A DNA stretch of 64,000 nt. Origin: Phycisphaerales bacterium UBA3160. GTDB taxonomy: Bacteria; Planctomycetota; Phycisphaerae; Phycisphaerales; SM1A02. The notes beneath the pieces were generated by a model that saw nothing but the letters and a program-made list of their open reading frames with translations, made no database searches and was not told the origin of the DNA. The stretch is from the NCBI GenBank assembly GCA_002364485.1, contig DEYK01000054.1, positions 20,218 through 84,217 on the forward strand, read 5' to 3'. Numbering within the stretch: position 1 is the stretch's first letter; each line of letters starts with the position of its first letter. The translations under genes were made by a program, and so were the position numbers. This document shows positions 9,732 through 19,028 of this stretch, in pieces.

Positions 9732-10964
9732 ATGCTCTCGACTTCGTCGTCACCAACGGGTCCGAACGGGTGCCGGGCCTTCTCGGCCGCGAGCGGGCAT
9801 TTCGACACCAGGACCGCCGCGCTGGAGATCGCCCATGCGATCCACGATGCCGGCGGATTCCGCTGCGACCTGATGCTGTTCTTCTGCAGCTACCACCACA
9901 CCGCCGCGGTGACCGAAGCGATCGAGACGATCCGGGGCGTGCTCGCACCGAAGCATGTCCTCGGGTGCACATCGGAGTCCGTGCTCGGCGACGACCAGGA
10001 ACTCGACGGCATCGCGGGCATGAGCGTCCTCTGCCTCTTCATGCCCGGCACGAGGGTGTCCACCTTCACGGGAACACCCGATGCGCCGATCCCGATCAGC
10101 AGCATCGATCGAATTCCCGAGTACATGGACATCTCGGACGACACCCGCGGCGTCCTGATGTTCGCCGATCCGTTCAGCACGCCGATCACCCGGCTGCTGC
10201 CCGCCCTGAACGAACTCGAACTTCCGGGCGGCCCCATCCCGATCCTCGGCGGCATGGCTTCGGGCGCTTCCCAACCCGGTCACAATCGGCTGATTCTCGA
10301 TGATCACGTGACGAACATCGGACTGGTCGGACTCACGATCTCCGGGGACGTGGAGCTCGATTTCGTGATCAGCCAGGGATGTCGACCGATCGGCGATCCG
10401 ATGGTGGTGACCGGCGTCGAGGAGAATCTGATCACCGGCCTTGCCGGACGGCCCGCCAAGAAGGTGCTTGAACAGGCTGCGATCTCCATCGCCGACGAGG
10501 ATCAGACCCTGCTGAAGGGCGGCATTCTCGTCGGAAGCGTTCTGGACGAGCACAAGCAGCGGTTCGGTCGAGGCGACTTCATCGTCCGGAACATCCTGGG
10601 CATTCCGAAGGACCGGCCCGGATTCATCGTCGGAGAGTTTCCCAAGCTCGGACAGACGATCCAGTTCCATGTCCGGGATGCGAAGACGGCCCGTGAGGAT
10701 CTGCAGCTGCTGCTCGACGCACAGCAGCTTCGGACGCCTCCATTCGGAGCGTTGCTGGTGACCTGCAACGGACGCGGGCATCGCCTGTTCGGCACGGAGG
10801 CGCACGATCTGTCGATCGTCAGGCAACGACTGAACCAGCCCCCCCTGGCGGGACTGTTCGCCGCAGGCGAACTGGGACCGATCGGAGGAAGGAACCTCCT
10901 GCACGGACACACGGCGGCGATCACCCTCTTCAGGGAACGGACCGCGGACCGGACGAACGGTTGA
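9732..10964 (+). CDS. FIST-domain (FIST_N + FIST_C) sensory protein
   Basis: Overall FIST layout, with the C-terminal family-typical LAGLFAAGELGPIGGRNLLHGHTAAITLF. Confidence 0.7.
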   Translation: MLSTSSSPTGPNGCRAFSAASGHFDTRTAALEIAHAIHDAGGFRCDLMLFFCSYHHTAAVTEAIETIRGVLAPKHVLGCTSESVLGDDQELDGIAGMSVLCLFMPGTRVSTFTGTPDAPIPISSIDRIPEYMDISDDTRGVLMFADPFSTPITRLLPALNELELPGGPIPILGGMASGASQPGHNRLILDDHVTNIGLVGLTISGDVELDFVISQGCRPIGDPMVVTGVEENLITGLAGRPAKKVLEQAAISIADEDQTLLKGGILVGSVLDEHKQRFGRGDFIVRNILGIPKDRPGFIVGEFPKLGQTIQFHVRDAKTAREDLQLLLDAQQLRTPPFGALLVTCNGRGHRLFGTEAHDLSIVRQRLNQPPLAGLFAAGELGPIGGRNLLHGHTAAITLFRERTADRTNG

Positions 10965-10965
10965 A

Positions 10966-12300
10966 TCAGATCCGGGTCGTCAGCGGGACGCACGACTCGA
11001 CGCGGGAAAGCAGTTCATCCGCCTCCTCCATCGAGATGTTCAGCGGCAGTCTGAAGCGAACGGTGTCTTCACCGCACGGAAGCGCGATCACCTTCCGTTC
11101 GAACAGCGCCGCGATCATCTCGCGACGGGCCTCCGGAGGATCGAAGGAGAACGCGATGAGCGACCCCATTCCACGGACACCCTTGAACGCGCCGCTGGAC
11201 GCGGCGATCGAACGAAGTCCGGAGATGACGTGCTTGCCGACGGCCGTGATGTGATCCGCGAGGTTCTCCTCGACGATGATGTCGATGAACTTGTTGCAGC
11301 GGACCATGTCGACGATGTTTCCACCCCAGGTCGAGTTGATCCGGCTGGAGCGGACGAAGACGTTGTCCTCGACCTCGTCGATGCGGTTGGATGCGTAGAG
11401 ACCGCAGACCTGGGTCTTCTTTCCGAAGGAGACGATGTCCGGGGCGACCCCGTGATGCTGCCAGAGCCAGGGCTTGCCGGATCCGAAGAAGCCGGTCTGG
11501 ACCTCGTCGAAGATCAGCAGCGCCTCCCGCTCGTCGGCGAAGTCGCGCAGAGCCTGCAGGAACTCCGGTCGGAAGTGGTTGTCTCCGCCCTCACCCTGCA
11601 TCGGTTCGAGGAGGATGGCGGCGATGTGCGTGCCGTTCGCGGCGGCATGAGCGAACGCCTGCTCGATCTCGGCGCACGCCCTGGTCTCCTCGGCCACGAT
11701 GTCGTTGCTGATGTTGCCGTCGAGATCGAAGTGGATGGTCGGATTGTGGACCCGCGGCCAGTCGAACTTCGGGAACAGGCCGACCTTGTCGGGCAGCGTG
11801 TTGGTCACGCTCATCGTGTAGCCGCTGCGGCCGTGGAACGCCTGCTTGAAGTGGAGAATGGTGATGTCGTTGACCGAATCGTTGAAGTCGGTGCGTCCCA
11901 GCTTGCGGGCCTTCCAGTCGAAGGCCGTCTTCATCGCGTTCTCGACCGCGAGCGATCCACCCGCCACCCAGAAGTGGTGCGGAAATCCGTCCGGAGTCGC
12001 ATGGGTCGCGAAGGCATCCACGAAGTCGCAGAGATCCTGACTGTAGATGTCGGAGTTGGCGATGTTGCTCATCGAGGCGCGGGCCATGGCCTTGACCGTC
12101 TCGGGATCGCTGAACTTGGGATGGTTGTAGCCCAGAGGCCAGGACGCGAAGCAGGTGAAGACGTCCAGATACTCACAATCGTTCATTCGATCGTAGATCC
12201 AGGAGCCATGGCACCGGTCCAGATCGATGACCATCGGGTAGCCGTCGACCAATTGATGCCGGCCCAGATCCTTCAGCAGCTGCATTGCTTCGTTGCTCAT
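10966..12300 (-). CDS. lat: L-lysine 6-transaminase (class III PLP aminotransferase)
   Basis: Strong resemblance along the whole length to actinobacterial LAT. Matching blocks include LAVENAMKTAFDWKARK, AFHGRSGYTMSVTN, FPKFDWPRV, EPMQGEGGDNHFRPEF, LLIFDEVQTG, SFGKKTQVCG, INSTWGGN and VRFRLPL. Confidence 0.88.
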   Translation of the reverse strand: MSNEAMQLLKDLGRHQLVDGYPMVIDLDRCHGSWIYDRMNDCEYLDVFTCFASWPLGYNHPKFSDPETVKAMARASMSNIANSDIYSQDLCDFVDAFATHATPDGFPHHFWVAGGSLAVENAMKTAFDWKARKLGRTDFNDSVNDITILHFKQAFHGRSGYTMSVTNTLPDKVGLFPKFDWPRVHNPTIHFDLDGNISNDIVAEETRACAEIEQAFAHAAANGTHIAAILLEPMQGEGGDNHFRPEFLQALRDFADEREALLIFDEVQTGFFGSGKPWLWQHHGVAPDIVSFGKKTQVCGLYASNRIDEVEDNVFVRSSRINSTWGGNIVDMVRCNKFIDIIVEENLADHITAVGKHVISGLRSIAASSGAFKGVRGMGSLIAFSFDPPEARREMIAALFERKVIALPCGEDTVRFRLPLNISMEEADELLSRVESCVPLTTRI

Positions 12301-12525
12301 GGCTCGATGGCTCCTAAAACATTCAAGGATACGCCCCATGGAAGCCCCATTCAAGGGGCATTCGACCCCGGAAAGCCCTCACCTTTATGGGAATGGCGGT
12401 TTTCGACCCTCATTGGCTTGACGCTCCCCACTTGGACGGGGAAACTCCCCTATTCACCTTTGAAGGGGTTTCGCCGAAAGAGCGGTACCCCGCAGCAGGG
12501 CGTCATGCCCAACGGAGCAGTGTCC

Positions 12526-13899
12526 ATGGCCATTCGATCGAGCGCTGGAACCGGCGTCATCGTCTCTCTCGTCGTCTTCATCCTCATCAGCATCTTCCTG
12601 CTGGTGATGACGATCCTCTTCTACTCTGGACAGACGACCCAGATGGAAGCCGCCCAGAAGGCGGAAGCCGCACGGGAGGAGTACGCTTCGAAGCGGGATC
12701 GGAACTCTGAACAGTTCCAGACCATCGAAGCAGCCGCGAAGAAGAACCGTCAATCGGTTCTCGGGTACATGATGGAAGAGCAGAACGCTCTAAAGACCTA
12801 CGTCGCCGGAAACCCCGACGAGTCGATGGAGAACATCCAGCGGAGGTTCTCCTCCCTCGGCGTGGACTCCACCATCTACAACTCGTTCAAGGACAGCAGC
12901 CGCAAGGTCAGTGACACCCAGAACGAACTGGACAGTCTCCGACAGCAGGCCCAGAGCCTCCAGGCGGAGCGGGACCGCCTGACCGCCGACGTGGAGTCGG
13001 CCAGCCGCGCACGCGACACCCTGCTTGCCGCAGAGAGCAAGCAGATCGAGAAGTACCGCACTGCGACGGACGAGCATCTGTCCCAGATCGCCGACGTCCG
13101 CGAGAAGATGGAGATGTCGACGGACAAGCTTCGGGACCGCTACTCGGACACGATCACCGAACTCGAGAACGAGGTCGATGCGCTCCGTCAGGAGAAGGTG
13201 GTGCTGAAGAGCCGGGTCGAGGACCTCGAGGGCAGGATCAACAAGACCCGGATCAAGCCCAACGATCCCGACACGCTCGTGGACGGAAACATCATCGACA
13301 TCGCCGGATCGAACGATCAGGTCTATCTGGACCGCGGTCGTCGCGATCAGGTCGTGCTGGGCATGACGTTCGAGGTCTACGACGATGCCGCCCAGATCCG
13401 TCCCTCCAGCGACGGTGATTTCCCCCGCGGCAAGGCCAGCCTCCAGGTCATCAAGGTGGGAGACAACACCTCCACCGCGAAGATCACACGGTCCACCGTC
13501 GGCAGGCCGGTCGTCCGCAACGACGTCATCGCCAATGCGATCTACGACCCGAAGTACAAGTTCAGATTCCTGGTCCACGGCCAGTACGACATCGACGGCG
13601 ACGGCTACCCCAGCGAAGAGGAGGCCGCATACCTTCGCAGCCAGATCGAGAACTGGGGCGGCGTGGTGGTCAGAAGCGACACGCTTCCGGGCGACCTCGA
13701 CTTCCTCGTCCTCGGCGTCGAGCCGATGGATCCCGTCCGTCCTCCCCAGGATGCCAGCATGCTCGTCCAGCAGGACTACATCCGCAAGAAGACGATCTAC
13801 CACGACTATCAGGAACTCTACGACCAGGCTCGCAATGCCCAGATTCCGATTCTCAACGCAAACCGGTTGCACATCCTGACCGGCGGAACGGATCTCTGA
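12526..13899 (+). CDS. membrane-anchored coiled-coil protein with C-terminal BRCT-like module (hypothetical)
   Basis: The ATG at 12526 has GGAG 8 nt upstream; an alternative ATG lies at 12505. It has an N-terminal TM helix VIVSLVVFILISIFLLVMTILF and about 230 aa of heptad-rich Q/E/R/L sequence. The C-terminus (FRFLVHG...ENWGGVVVRSDTLPGDLDFLVLG) fits a BRCT pattern. The track ORF start at 11230 lies antisense to lat. Confidence 0.7.
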   Translation: MAIRSSAGTGVIVSLVVFILISIFLLVMTILFYSGQTTQMEAAQKAEAAREEYASKRDRNSEQFQTIEAAAKKNRQSVLGYMMEEQNALKTYVAGNPDESMENIQRRFSSLGVDSTIYNSFKDSSRKVSDTQNELDSLRQQAQSLQAERDRLTADVESASRARDTLLAAESKQIEKYRTATDEHLSQIADVREKMEMSTDKLRDRYSDTITELENEVDALRQEKVVLKSRVEDLEGRINKTRIKPNDPDTLVDGNIIDIAGSNDQVYLDRGRRDQVVLGMTFEVYDDAAQIRPSSDGDFPRGKASLQVIKVGDNTSTAKITRSTVGRPVVRNDVIANAIYDPKYKFRFLVHGQYDIDGDGYPSEEEAAYLRSQIENWGGVVVRSDTLPGDLDFLVLGVEPMDPVRPPQDASMLVQQDYIRKKTIYHDYQELYDQARNAQIPILNANRLHILTGGTDL

Positions 13900-13924
13900 T
13901 CGACCCTGCGTCCCGCACCGCCCC

Positions 13925-14956
13925 ATGGCCCGCAACACATCAGCACTGGTCAACTGGAGCCAGTACCTGCCGCTGCGCATGGTGGCTGGACTGATCCAGT
14001 GCTTTTCGCCTGAACAGAATCTCCGCACCGCGGCGGGCATCGGCTCCATGTTCTGGCGATGGAACTCCAAGCGTCGCGAACGGACGCTGGAGAACATCCG
14101 GCTGAGCTTCCCGGATTGGGACGAAGACCGGATCAGGGAGGTCGGGCGACGCTCCTTCGAGTACATGTTCCAGCTCGCCATGGTCGACTCTATCACCATG
14201 GGACGCGCCATCACGCCGGACACCTGGCCCGATACGCTGAAGGTTCCGAACATCGCCCCCGTACTGGAGAAGCTCGTATCGGGACGGCCGATGCTGATGC
14301 TGACCGGACACTGCGGCAATTGGGAACTGCTCGGCTACGGCATGTCCGTGATCGGCTATCCGCTGACCGCGATCGCACGCCCCCTGGACAACCCGCTCAT
14401 CAACGAATGGGTGCTCCGGATCCGCGAGGCCCACGGACTTCGGGTGCTCACGAAGTGGGGAGTCACTCCGGAACTGCAGCGCACCATCGAAACCGGCGGG
14501 AACATCGGCTTCATCGCCGACCAGAACGCCGGCGACCAGGGGGTCTTCGTGCCGTTCTTCGGACGCCTCGCATCCAGCTACAAGTCAATCGCCCTGCTTG
14601 CGATGCGGTACGAACTGCCGATCGTCTGCGCCCAGGCGAGGCGGATCGGACAGCAGTTCAAGTACGAACTCGTGCACAGCGACATCATCGAGCCCGAGGA
14701 ATGGCGTGACGCCGACGATCCCCTGTTCTTGATCTCGGCCCGATACAGCCACGCGATCGAAACCCTCATCCGGCAGGCTCCCGAGCAGTACCTCTGGCTT
14801 CATCGAAGATGGAAGAGCAGGCCCCGCCACGAACGGCAGGGACGCCCCATGCCGGAATCGCTCGTCGAGAAGATACGCAATCTCCCCTGGATGACCGACG
14901 AGGAGTTGAACCGCATCGTCGAACACTCCAACCGCTCCGCGAAGGATGCGGCATGA
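13925..14956 (+). CDS. lipid A biosynthesis (LpxL/HtrB-type) or lysophospholipid acyltransferase
   Basis: HX4E/D acyltransferase motif in MLTGHCGNWELLG. Family-typical FIADQNAG...VPFFG and PEQYLWLHRRWK blocks. Confidence 0.72.
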   Translation: MARNTSALVNWSQYLPLRMVAGLIQCFSPEQNLRTAAGIGSMFWRWNSKRRERTLENIRLSFPDWDEDRIREVGRRSFEYMFQLAMVDSITMGRAITPDTWPDTLKVPNIAPVLEKLVSGRPMLMLTGHCGNWELLGYGMSVIGYPLTAIARPLDNPLINEWVLRIREAHGLRVLTKWGVTPELQRTIETGGNIGFIADQNAGDQGVFVPFFGRLASSYKSIALLAMRYELPIVCAQARRIGQQFKYELVHSDIIEPEEWRDADDPLFLISARYSHAIETLIRQAPEQYLWLHRRWKSRPRHERQGRPMPESLVEKIRNLPWMTDEELNRIVEHSNRSAKDAA

Positions 14957-15348
14957 ACCGACTCGAAGGCGTCCGAATACTCGTCGTCGACGATGATCCA
15001 GATGTACTGGACGGAATCGATCTCGCCCTGCGATCCGAGGGTGCCACCACGCTCCGGGCGAACGACGGCAACGAGGCCGTCATGCTGTGGCGCAAGGAGG
15101 CCCCGGAAGCCGTCGTTCTGGACATGATGCTTCCCAAGCGATCCGGATTTCTCGTGCTGGAGGAGCTGATCGAGGCCGAGAACCCACCCGTGGTCGTGAT
15201 GGTCACCGCCAACGAGGGAAAAAGGCACATGAGCTACGCCAAGTCGATGGGCGTGCACGCCTACCTCAACAAGCCGGTACCGCTGGAGACGCTGATCCAG
15301 ACCATTTACGATCTGCTGAAGGAGGGCAATCGCCCCGCCAGCGAGTAG
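14953..15348 (+). CDS. single-domain response regulator (CheY-like receiver)
   Basis: VRILVVDDDPDV, phospho-acceptor region VVLDMMLPKRSG, VMVTA and LNKP. The ATG overlaps the upstream stop (ATGA). Confidence 0.85.
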   Translation: MNRLEGVRILVVDDDPDVLDGIDLALRSEGATTLRANDGNEAVMLWRKEAPEAVVLDMMLPKRSGFLVLEELIEAENPPVVVMVTANEGKRHMSYAKSMGVHAYLNKPVPLETLIQTIYDLLKEGNRPASE

Positions 15349-15380
15349 GATGTCCACTCACTTCAGGAGACCGCAAGCAC

Positions 15381-15686
15381 GTGAACCAGACCTTCGTCAT
15401 CCTGTCCCCCGAGGAATCCGGCAAGAACGGCCTGGCGTCGATCGGCACCAGAGCCGAAATCGTGAAGCAGCTGGACACCCTCAACACGTCGCCGGAGCGA
15501 CCCGGAGAAGACGTGCTCTGGGGCCCGGGCATCCGCATCGATCTTCCCCCAGATAAGGATCCGGTCGATCAGATGCTGCTCACCGTGGTCGAGGAGGAGA
15601 TCGCATTCCTCGTGATCATGCGGATCGGCCGCATCTGCCAGTGGCGAATCCTCGACCCCGAAACCGGACGGGAACTGAACCCATGA
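15381..15686 (+). CDS. hypothetical protein (101 aa, GTG start)
   Basis: GTG has AGGAG 11 nt upstream. The sequence has protein-like composition, and its stop overlaps the next start (ATGA). No recognised domain. Confidence 0.45.
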   Translation: MNQTFVILSPEESGKNGLASIGTRAEIVKQLDTLNTSPERPGEDVLWGPGIRIDLPPDKDPVDQMLLTVVEEEIAFLVIMRIGRICQWRILDPETGRELNP

Positions 15687-16048
15687 CCGAACAGAGTTCG
15701 ACCCAGCCAGCCCAGGGAATGTCCATCGAACGGAACGATGCCGAACGATTCGAACAGGCGCTGCACTGGGCGGTGGACTATCGCGGCGACGTCACGCTCT
15801 GCACCGAGGACAGCGAGATCGAGTGCTTCGTGTTCGACCTGACGGCCGACGGCGACACGCTCCGATACATGACCAAGCAGGATCTCACGCGCATTCCGCT
15901 CGCCGTCCCGCAGATCCGCGAGATTCGGTTCAGCGGCAAGGACACCGCGGCCGGCAAGAGTTTCGAACGCTGGATCCAGCGGTACATCGAGAAGAAGCTC
16001 GCGGGAGAGAACGCCTCGATCGAGTGCGACTCCCTCGAGGACGAGTGA
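15683..16048 (+). CDS. hypothetical protein (121 aa)
   Basis: Translationally coupled to the upstream ORF. Acidic, globular-looking sequence with no recognised domain. Confidence 0.5.
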   Translation: MTEQSSTQPAQGMSIERNDAERFEQALHWAVDYRGDVTLCTEDSEIECFVFDLTADGDTLRYMTKQDLTRIPLAVPQIREIRFSGKDTAAGKSFERWIQRYIEKKLAGENASIECDSLEDE

Positions 16049-16054
16049 TCCGCC

Positions 16055-16855
16055 TCAGGCCGCGTGACGGCTGCAGAGCTTTCCAAGTGATGCGTAGAAT
16101 CCGAACGGACCATGATTGAACATGGCGCCGGAGACGCCTCGTCTGGCAAGGTCCTCGAGGTACTCGACCGCGGCATCGGGATCGACCTCGATGAGTCGGC
16201 CGACGTCCGTGGTGCAACCCTCGAGCCCCTGTTCGACGGCATAGGAACGGGCTTGACTGGCGTCGGTGAAGACCAGCACACACGGTTCGTCGTGCATGAT
16301 CCAGATCAGCGGGTCGTCGCTGTCCGCGACATCGGATACGAAGTACCACGAAGGCAGATGGCAGACGCGATCCAGGATGTCCTCCTCCTTGGCCGAACCC
16401 AGGAGGACGCGGTCCACCATCTGCTCGACGGATGCATCGTCGATGCGTCCGAACGAAGAGGACGCTTCGACCGCGTCGTCGAGTGCGAAGTTGACGCTCC
16501 AGGGACCGTGGTTGAGGCGAACGCCTTCGATTCCCCACTGCCCGAGTTCGCTGAAGAACCCGGCGATGTCTTCGAGACCCACCCGGCGGACGTTTGAGAC
16601 GGTTTCGATCTGATCCTCGAGCCACGTGTTCAATGCACGGGTCGCACGCTTCTCGTCGGTGAAGACGAGCAGTGTCGGCTCCTCCTCCTCCCAGGCGATG
16701 CATGGGGGACGGTTCTCCCCTTCGCCCAGTTCGATGACGTACCACGCATTCAGATCGAAGATCGCGGAGAGCAGTGCATCGCGACTGTGCCGTGTCGGCA
16801 TGTCGTCGTATGCGCGAATCAGTTCGTTGATTGTTCTTCGTACTTCCCTGACCAT
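16055..16855 (-). CDS. hypothetical protein, possibly SseB-like (two internal repeats)
   Basis: Two similar halves each contain an LLVFTDEKRA / VLVFTDASQARSYA element followed by G..GVRLNHGPW / GAMFNHGPF. The pattern is reminiscent of the SseB family. Start at MVREVRR (16855). Confidence 0.45.
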   Translation of the reverse strand: MVREVRRTINELIRAYDDMPTRHSRDALLSAIFDLNAWYVIELGEGENRPPCIAWEEEEPTLLVFTDEKRATRALNTWLEDQIETVSNVRRVGLEDIAGFFSELGQWGIEGVRLNHGPWSVNFALDDAVEASSSFGRIDDASVEQMVDRVLLGSAKEEDILDRVCHLPSWYFVSDVADSDDPLIWIMHDEPCVLVFTDASQARSYAVEQGLEGCTTDVGRLIEVDPDAAVEYLEDLARRGVSGAMFNHGPFGFYASLGKLCSRHAA

Positions 16856-16998
16856 GATTGAAGTCCCCTTTCTTCTGAACCGTTCAAGAACGGCAGGCCC
16901 AGCACAGGTGTTCCTCAACTACACAATCAGATACGGATGCAATCCCATTGAGGGTTCTGCGAATCCGGAAGCGAACGGTGAAATTTCCAATGTTCCCG

Positions 16999-17988
16999 CT
17001 ATTCGCAGACGCCCACGAACCGGCCTTTGGACGCCTCCACGAGGCTCCAACCGCCTTGTCGATGCCCTGAAGCCCCTTCCAACCGCTCCGAAGGCCACCA
17101 TGGGATTCTCCCCTCGGCATCCCCTTCGACGGTCAGCGGCGCGAGGTCGGGGCGTTCCAGGACGCTTGCCATTGATGCCAGGGTCGTTCCGTCGGATCGC
17201 AGGCTCAGCGTGCACTCGAGCAGTCCACGGGTGTATGGATGCAGTGGATCGAGCAGGATGTCTCGAGTCGGTCCCATCTCGCAGATCCGCCCGCGGCACA
17301 GTACGCAGATCCGATCGGATCGTTCTCCGACCAGAGCCATGTCGTGTGAGATCAGGAGCAGTCCCATTCGATCCGTCTGCACGAACGATTGCAGGAGATC
17401 GAGGACGCCGCGCTGCGTGCGCACGTCGAGAGCCGTCGTCGGTTCGTCGGCGATGAGCATCGACGGACCGGCTGCGATCGCGATCGAGATCATGACGCGT
17501 TGACGCATGCCTCCACTGAACTCGTGGGGATAGGAATCGAAACGCTGCTCCGGATCGGGGATCTCGACCCGCTCGAGCAGACGGATCGCGGCGTTCTTCG
17601 CCTCGGACCTCCCCATGCCCCGATGGTGTCGAAGCACCTCCGCCACCTGCTCGCCGATGCTGTACACGGGATTCAGCGCCGTCATGGGTTCCTGGAAGAT
17701 CATTCCGATTCCGGCGCCGCGGACGGATTCCATCTCCCGGGAGGAGAACGTCGCGAGGTCGCGTCCCCGGAACAGCACGCGACCCGAGGCCTGTCGGACC
17801 CCGGGGCCGGGAAGAAGACCCATGATCGCAAGCGCCGTCATCGACTTGCCGCTTCCCGACTCGCCGACCAGAGCGAGCGTCTCGCCCTCGTGCAGGGTGA
17901 ATCCGACATCCTGCACGATCGGCGTGGACGAGGAACCGGGAGTTCCGCCCGCATCGATGCGAAGATGATCGATCTGCAGGAGCGTCAT
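16999..17988 (-). CDS. ABC transporter ATP-binding protein, DppD/OppD-like
   Basis: Walker A GESGSGKSMTALAIMGLLP, signature FSGGMRQRVMI and Walker B MLIADEPTTALD. C-terminal oligopeptide-type extension (HPYTRGLL). Confidence 0.88.
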   Translation of the reverse strand: MTLLQIDHLRIDAGGTPGSSSTPIVQDVGFTLHEGETLALVGESGSGKSMTALAIMGLLPGPGVRQASGRVLFRGRDLATFSSREMESVRGAGIGMIFQEPMTALNPVYSIGEQVAEVLRHHRGMGRSEAKNAAIRLLERVEIPDPEQRFDSYPHEFSGGMRQRVMISIAIAAGPSMLIADEPTTALDVRTQRGVLDLLQSFVQTDRMGLLLISHDMALVGERSDRICVLCRGRICEMGPTRDILLDPLHPYTRGLLECTLSLRSDGTTLASMASVLERPDLAPLTVEGDAEGRIPWWPSERLEGASGHRQGGWSLVEASKGRFVGVCE

Positions 17989-19004
17989 GCGGCGACCTGC
18001 CTAGAACGCTGGCGAGGATCGACGGCCACCCGCAGCCATTCACCCATGCAGTTCAGGGCAACCAGAGTCAACGCGATGAACAGGCATGGCCAGAGGATGA
18101 TCCACCATCGGCTTCGCACGCTGTTGATCTCCGAGAGGCCGTCGGCCGCGAGATTGCCCCAACTCGGAAGCGGCTCGCGCACGCCGATGCCGAGAAAGCT
18201 CAGGAACGCCTCGGCGAGGATCGCCATCGGAACCGTCAGTGTCGCGTACACGATGATCGGCCCGGCGAGGTTGGGAAGCAGATGGCGGATGAACTGCCGA
18301 CGACGAGGGACACCGATGGCGCGGCATGCCTCCATGAACGGACGTCCACGCAGGCTGAGCACCTGCCCACGGACGACCCGGGCGATGGTCAGCCAGCTGA
18401 TGGCGGCGATCGCCAGCCACAGCGTGAGGCAGTTGATCAGCAGATTCGCATCCGGCCCCAGTGGGGATCCCTCGCCGCTGCTCCACTTCTCGCGCAGTCC
18501 GTCCACGGCGACGGCGACGAGCACCACCAGAAGGATCGCGGGAAGTCCGTAGAAGACGTCGACCACCCGCATCATGATCGCATCGACCCGGCCCCCGGCC
18601 CAACCGGCGCATGTCCCCCACAGCGTTCCGATCAGCAGTGCCGTCAGTGCCGCGGCGATTCCGATGGCGAGGCTGATACCGCCGCCTGCGAGCACCCGGA
18701 CGAACAGGTCCCGACCGAGGCGGTCGGTTCCGAACAGGAGGAACGGCGCACCGCCGTCGTTGGCCGCGTCGAGTTCAGGCTGCGTGTGCGCAGCCCAGGT
18801 CGGTGGAAGCATCGCGAGCCTGGGTTGCGCCGCTTCGAATCGTCGCGGCGCGTTGGCGGAACCGTCACCGGTTCTCGACAGCGTCCAGGGGAGCGTGAGG
18901 ACGCACAGCATGATGATCAGCAGCAGGACACCGATGCCAAGCCATCCCATCATGCCGACGGAACGAGGCAGCCGAATCCTTCCGGCGACATCGGTGGTGT
19001 TCAT
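17985..19004 (-). CDS. ABC transporter permease, DppC/OppC-like
   Basis: LFGTDRLGRDLF N-terminal motif and a BPD-transporter core. ATGA overlap with the ATPase gene. Confidence 0.85.
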   Translation of the reverse strand: MNTTDVAGRIRLPRSVGMMGWLGIGVLLLIIMLCVLTLPWTLSRTGDGSANAPRRFEAAQPRLAMLPPTWAAHTQPELDAANDGGAPFLLFGTDRLGRDLFVRVLAGGGISLAIGIAAALTALLIGTLWGTCAGWAGGRVDAIMMRVVDVFYGLPAILLVVLVAVAVDGLREKWSSGEGSPLGPDANLLINCLTLWLAIAAISWLTIARVVRGQVLSLRGRPFMEACRAIGVPRRRQFIRHLLPNLAGPIIVYATLTVPMAILAEAFLSFLGIGVREPLPSWGNLAADGLSEINSVRSRWWIILWPCLFIALTLVALNCMGEWLRVAVDPRQRSRQVAA

Positions 19005-19028
19005 CGGGATTGATGGTACTTCATCGAC

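Noticed and set aside
11230-12504. Upstream 425 codons of the 889-aa plus-strand ORF
   Set aside because: It lies antisense to lat. A protein-like sequence only begins at the TM helix near 12505/12526.
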